NCBI GenBank assembly: GCA_002737665.1
Contig: NSIF01000004.1
Location: forward strand, 2,228 to 66,227
DNA from: Flavobacteriales bacterium
Lineage (GTDB): Bacteria > Bacteroidota > Bacteroidia > Palsa-965
Length of the DNA stretch: 64,000 nucleotides
Direction of reading: 5' to 3'
Position numbers and translations under genes: made by a program. The notes below the pieces were generated by a model, which ran no database searches, had not been told where the DNA came from, and saw nothing but the letters and a program-made list of their open reading frames with translations. Below are positions 62,142-64,000 of the stretch, in pieces; within the stretch, counting starts at the first letter, position 1; the number at the start of each line of letters is the position of its first letter.

Positions 62142-63095
62142 ATGAAAATAGACGTTTGCGCAGGAATTGATATTGGCGGAACGAATACTGAAATTGGTAT
62201 CGTTGATAAAAACGGATTGGTAATATTTTCAGAAAGTATTTCAACACGGTTGTATGATAATCCTGAAAGTTTTGTGTTGGCAACTTCGAAAATTTTGTAT
62301 GATGGAATTGAAAAAACCCATACTAATTTAATTGGAATTGGTATTGGTGCTCCGAGTGCAAATTATTATTCAGGATGCATTGAATTTGCTCCGAATATGC
62401 CATGGGAGGGAATTATTCCGCTAGCAAAATTATTCAAAAGTGAAATGGATGTTAAGTGTACACTTACCAACGACGCGAATGCAGCAGCATTAGGTGAGAT
62501 GCTTTTTGGTGATGCAAAACTGCTTTTAGATTTTGTTGTAGTGACACTTGGAACTGGACTAGGAAGTGGTTTTGTGGTGAATGGCGAAGTGCTGTATGGT
62601 CATGATGGTTTTGCAGGAGAGTTGGGGCACATTATTATCGAGAATAACGGCCGGCTTTGTGGTTGTGGACGACTAGGATGTTTGGAAACATACGTTTCTG
62701 CAACGGGAATCGTAGCTACTGCCAAAGAATGGCTGTTAGATTCAGCAGTCACAACATCGTTAAGAAATTTACCTGTTGATGAAATTTCAAGTTTAACAGT
62801 TGCAGATGCTGCTCTGAATGGAGATGGTTTTGCAATTCAAATTATTGATTATACAGCCGAAAAACTTGGTTTTGCTTTGGCGAATATGGTGGCAATAACA
62901 AGTCCATCACATATTTTTCTGTATGGTGGGCTTGCCAAATCGGGAACTATTTTATTAAATCCTGTAAAGCAGTACTTTGATAAATTTATTCTACGAAATT
63001 ATAAGGGAAAAGTCGAGTTGAAGCTATCTAGTTTGAGCAATCAAGTCGCAGTTCTTGGTGCCGCCGCTTTGGCCTGGAAGGAAACCACACGCTAA
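62142..63095 (+). CDS. ROK-family sugar kinase (glucokinase / N-acetylhexosamine kinase type)
   Basis: 317 aa with the ATP-binding N-terminus GIDIGGTNTEIGIV and the ROK zinc motif GHI....NG..CGCGRLGCLETY. Confidence 0.88.
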   Translation: MKIDVCAGIDIGGTNTEIGIVDKNGLVIFSESISTRLYDNPESFVLATSKILYDGIEKTHTNLIGIGIGAPSANYYSGCIEFAPNMPWEGIIPLAKLFKSEMDVKCTLTNDANAAALGEMLFGDAKLLLDFVVVTLGTGLGSGFVVNGEVLYGHDGFAGELGHIIIENNGRLCGCGRLGCLETYVSATGIVATAKEWLLDSAVTTSLRNLPVDEISSLTVADAALNGDGFAIQIIDYTAEKLGFALANMVAITSPSHIFLYGGLAKSGTILLNPVKQYFDKFILRNYKGKVELKLSSLSNQVAVLGAAALAWKETTR

Positions 63096-63154
63096 TAGCA
63101 AGTAATTATTGTTAAATGAGATAGCTAGTATAGCATATTTCGTTTTTTTATGAT

Positions 63155-63162
63155 TAAATTTG
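63155..63162 (+). promoter_or_regulatory. -7 promoter-type octamer upstream of the last T9SS cargo gene
   Basis: TAAATTTG matches TAnnTTTG and lies 28 nt before the ATG at 63191. Confidence 0.3.
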
Positions 63163-63190
63163 TTCATTAATTAATTTTTAATTTCAAAAA

Positions 63191-63964
63191 ATGAAAAATA
63201 TAATTTTCACATTGGTAACAGGTGTTTTTTTAAGTGTTGCATCCTCAGCGCAAACTGCTGTCAATTTTAATTGTAATGACTGCATGGGAACAAATCATGA
63301 TTTGTTTACCGAATTAGATGCAGGTAATGTGATTGTAATAACGTGGGTAATGCCTTGCGGTTCCTGTATTAATGTTGCATCGACAGTAGCGAATACGGTC
63401 CAAGGTTATGCAACTACAAATCCTGGAATTGTTAAATATTATTTAGTTGACGATTATGCGAATTCTAGTTGTCTCACGCTGAGTAATTGGGCTTCTACTA
63501 ATAATATTAATGTTGATGCTAAATTTTCAAATGCATCCATTAGAATGAGTGATTATGGTTCGGCAGATATGCAGAAAACGATAGTGTTAGGAGGATCAAG
63601 CCATTCTGTTTTTTACAATGTGTTAGGTACTGTTGCTGTACCCGCTTTACAAGCTGCCATTAATAGTGCTATGGCTACAGGGATTACTGAAAATAAAAAA
63701 AATATTTCTGCTGTAAGTCTCTTTCCAAATCCTGTTAAAGGAACTCGAATTTCATTTAATTATTCTTTGGCCCAATATTCAGATGTTTCAGTTGAAATTT
63801 ATAATATGTTGGGTGCGCAAGTGAAATTTATTTCTTGTCCTAACATGTCTGTTGGTAAAAACGAGTTGAATGTCGATTTAAGTGATTTTTTGAATGGACT
63901 TTATTTTGTTCGTTTGCAGTCTGGAGCATCGATCCAAACTGTTAAATTTACTGTGCTAAATTGA
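63191..63964 (+). CDS. Secreted thioredoxin-like CxxC protein with T9SS type-A C-terminal sorting domain
   Basis: 257 aa with a signal peptide (…SVASSAQ). It has two CxxC motifs: CNDC, and VIVITWVMPCGSC in a thioredoxin-like strand-CxxC-helix context. The C-terminal ~80 aa (LFPNPVKG...LNGLYFVRLQSG...VKFTVLN) is a type-A T9SS CTD. Confidence 0.75.
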   Translation: MKNIIFTLVTGVFLSVASSAQTAVNFNCNDCMGTNHDLFTELDAGNVIVITWVMPCGSCINVASTVANTVQGYATTNPGIVKYYLVDDYANSSCLTLSNWASTNNINVDAKFSNASIRMSDYGSADMQKTIVLGGSSHSVFYNVLGTVAVPALQAAINSAMATGITENKKNISAVSLFPNPVKGTRISFNYSLAQYSDVSVEIYNMLGAQVKFISCPNMSVGKNELNVDLSDFLNGLYFVRLQSGASIQTVKFTVLN

Positions 63965-64000
63965 CGTTTTTTATTTTGTATTTTAATATAAAATTATTTT

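Overview
This 64-kb window comes from a low-GC Bacteroidota chromosome. The phylum call rests on type-A and type-B T9SS C-terminal sorting domains, TAnnTTTG -7 promoter octamers, A-rich leaders without Shine-Dalgarno sequences, and the rplQ-carA-eno gene order. Positions 457..18846 are one uninterrupted plus-strand ribosomal-protein supercluster of 33 genes, rpsL-rpsG-fusA-rpsJ through rpsD-rpoA-rplQ, including secY, map and infA. It ends at a clean intrinsic terminator. rpmD and rpmJ fall below the ORF-track size cut-off and were recovered by hand. The remaining 45 kb mixes core metabolism with nucleic-acid enzymes, envelope proteins and secreted proteins. The core metabolism genes are carA, eno, gltA, pyrG, purE, ltaE and an acyl-CoA synthetase. 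The nucleic-acid enzymes are an AddB-like Fe-S nuclease, holA, an EVE protein, an HsdR_N-type PD-(D/E)XK protein and a short AMP nucleosidase. The envelope and secreted proteins are a TonB-dependent receptor, a MATE pump, an M48 peptidase, an M3 peptidase, an S8 peptidase, a NIDO/PKD adhesin-like protein and a thioredoxin-like T9SS cargo. There is also a small glycopeptide-salvage cluster (GH92 mannosidase, glycosylasparaginase, ROK kinase). I saw no rRNA, tRNA, CRISPR array, transposase or integrase. I cannot point to a clear-cut new defence-type system. The most unusual item is a co-oriented outer-membrane gene pair at 49077..52176: a PorV/PorQ-like small barrel followed by a ComEA-like helix-hairpin-helix segment fused to a large beta-barrel. 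The second gene has no in-frame ATG. It is preceded by an A8 homopolymer and a 64% GC island, and a +1 or -1 change in the tract would join an ATG to the signal peptide. Other items worth a look are a very AT-rich 1.2-kb island carrying a bestrophin-family channel gene, a metazoan-type NIDO domain on a T9SS type-B cargo, an orphan AddB-like nuclease, and small shared hairpin motifs inside the ribosomal cluster. All family assignments come from reading motifs by eye, with no database search.
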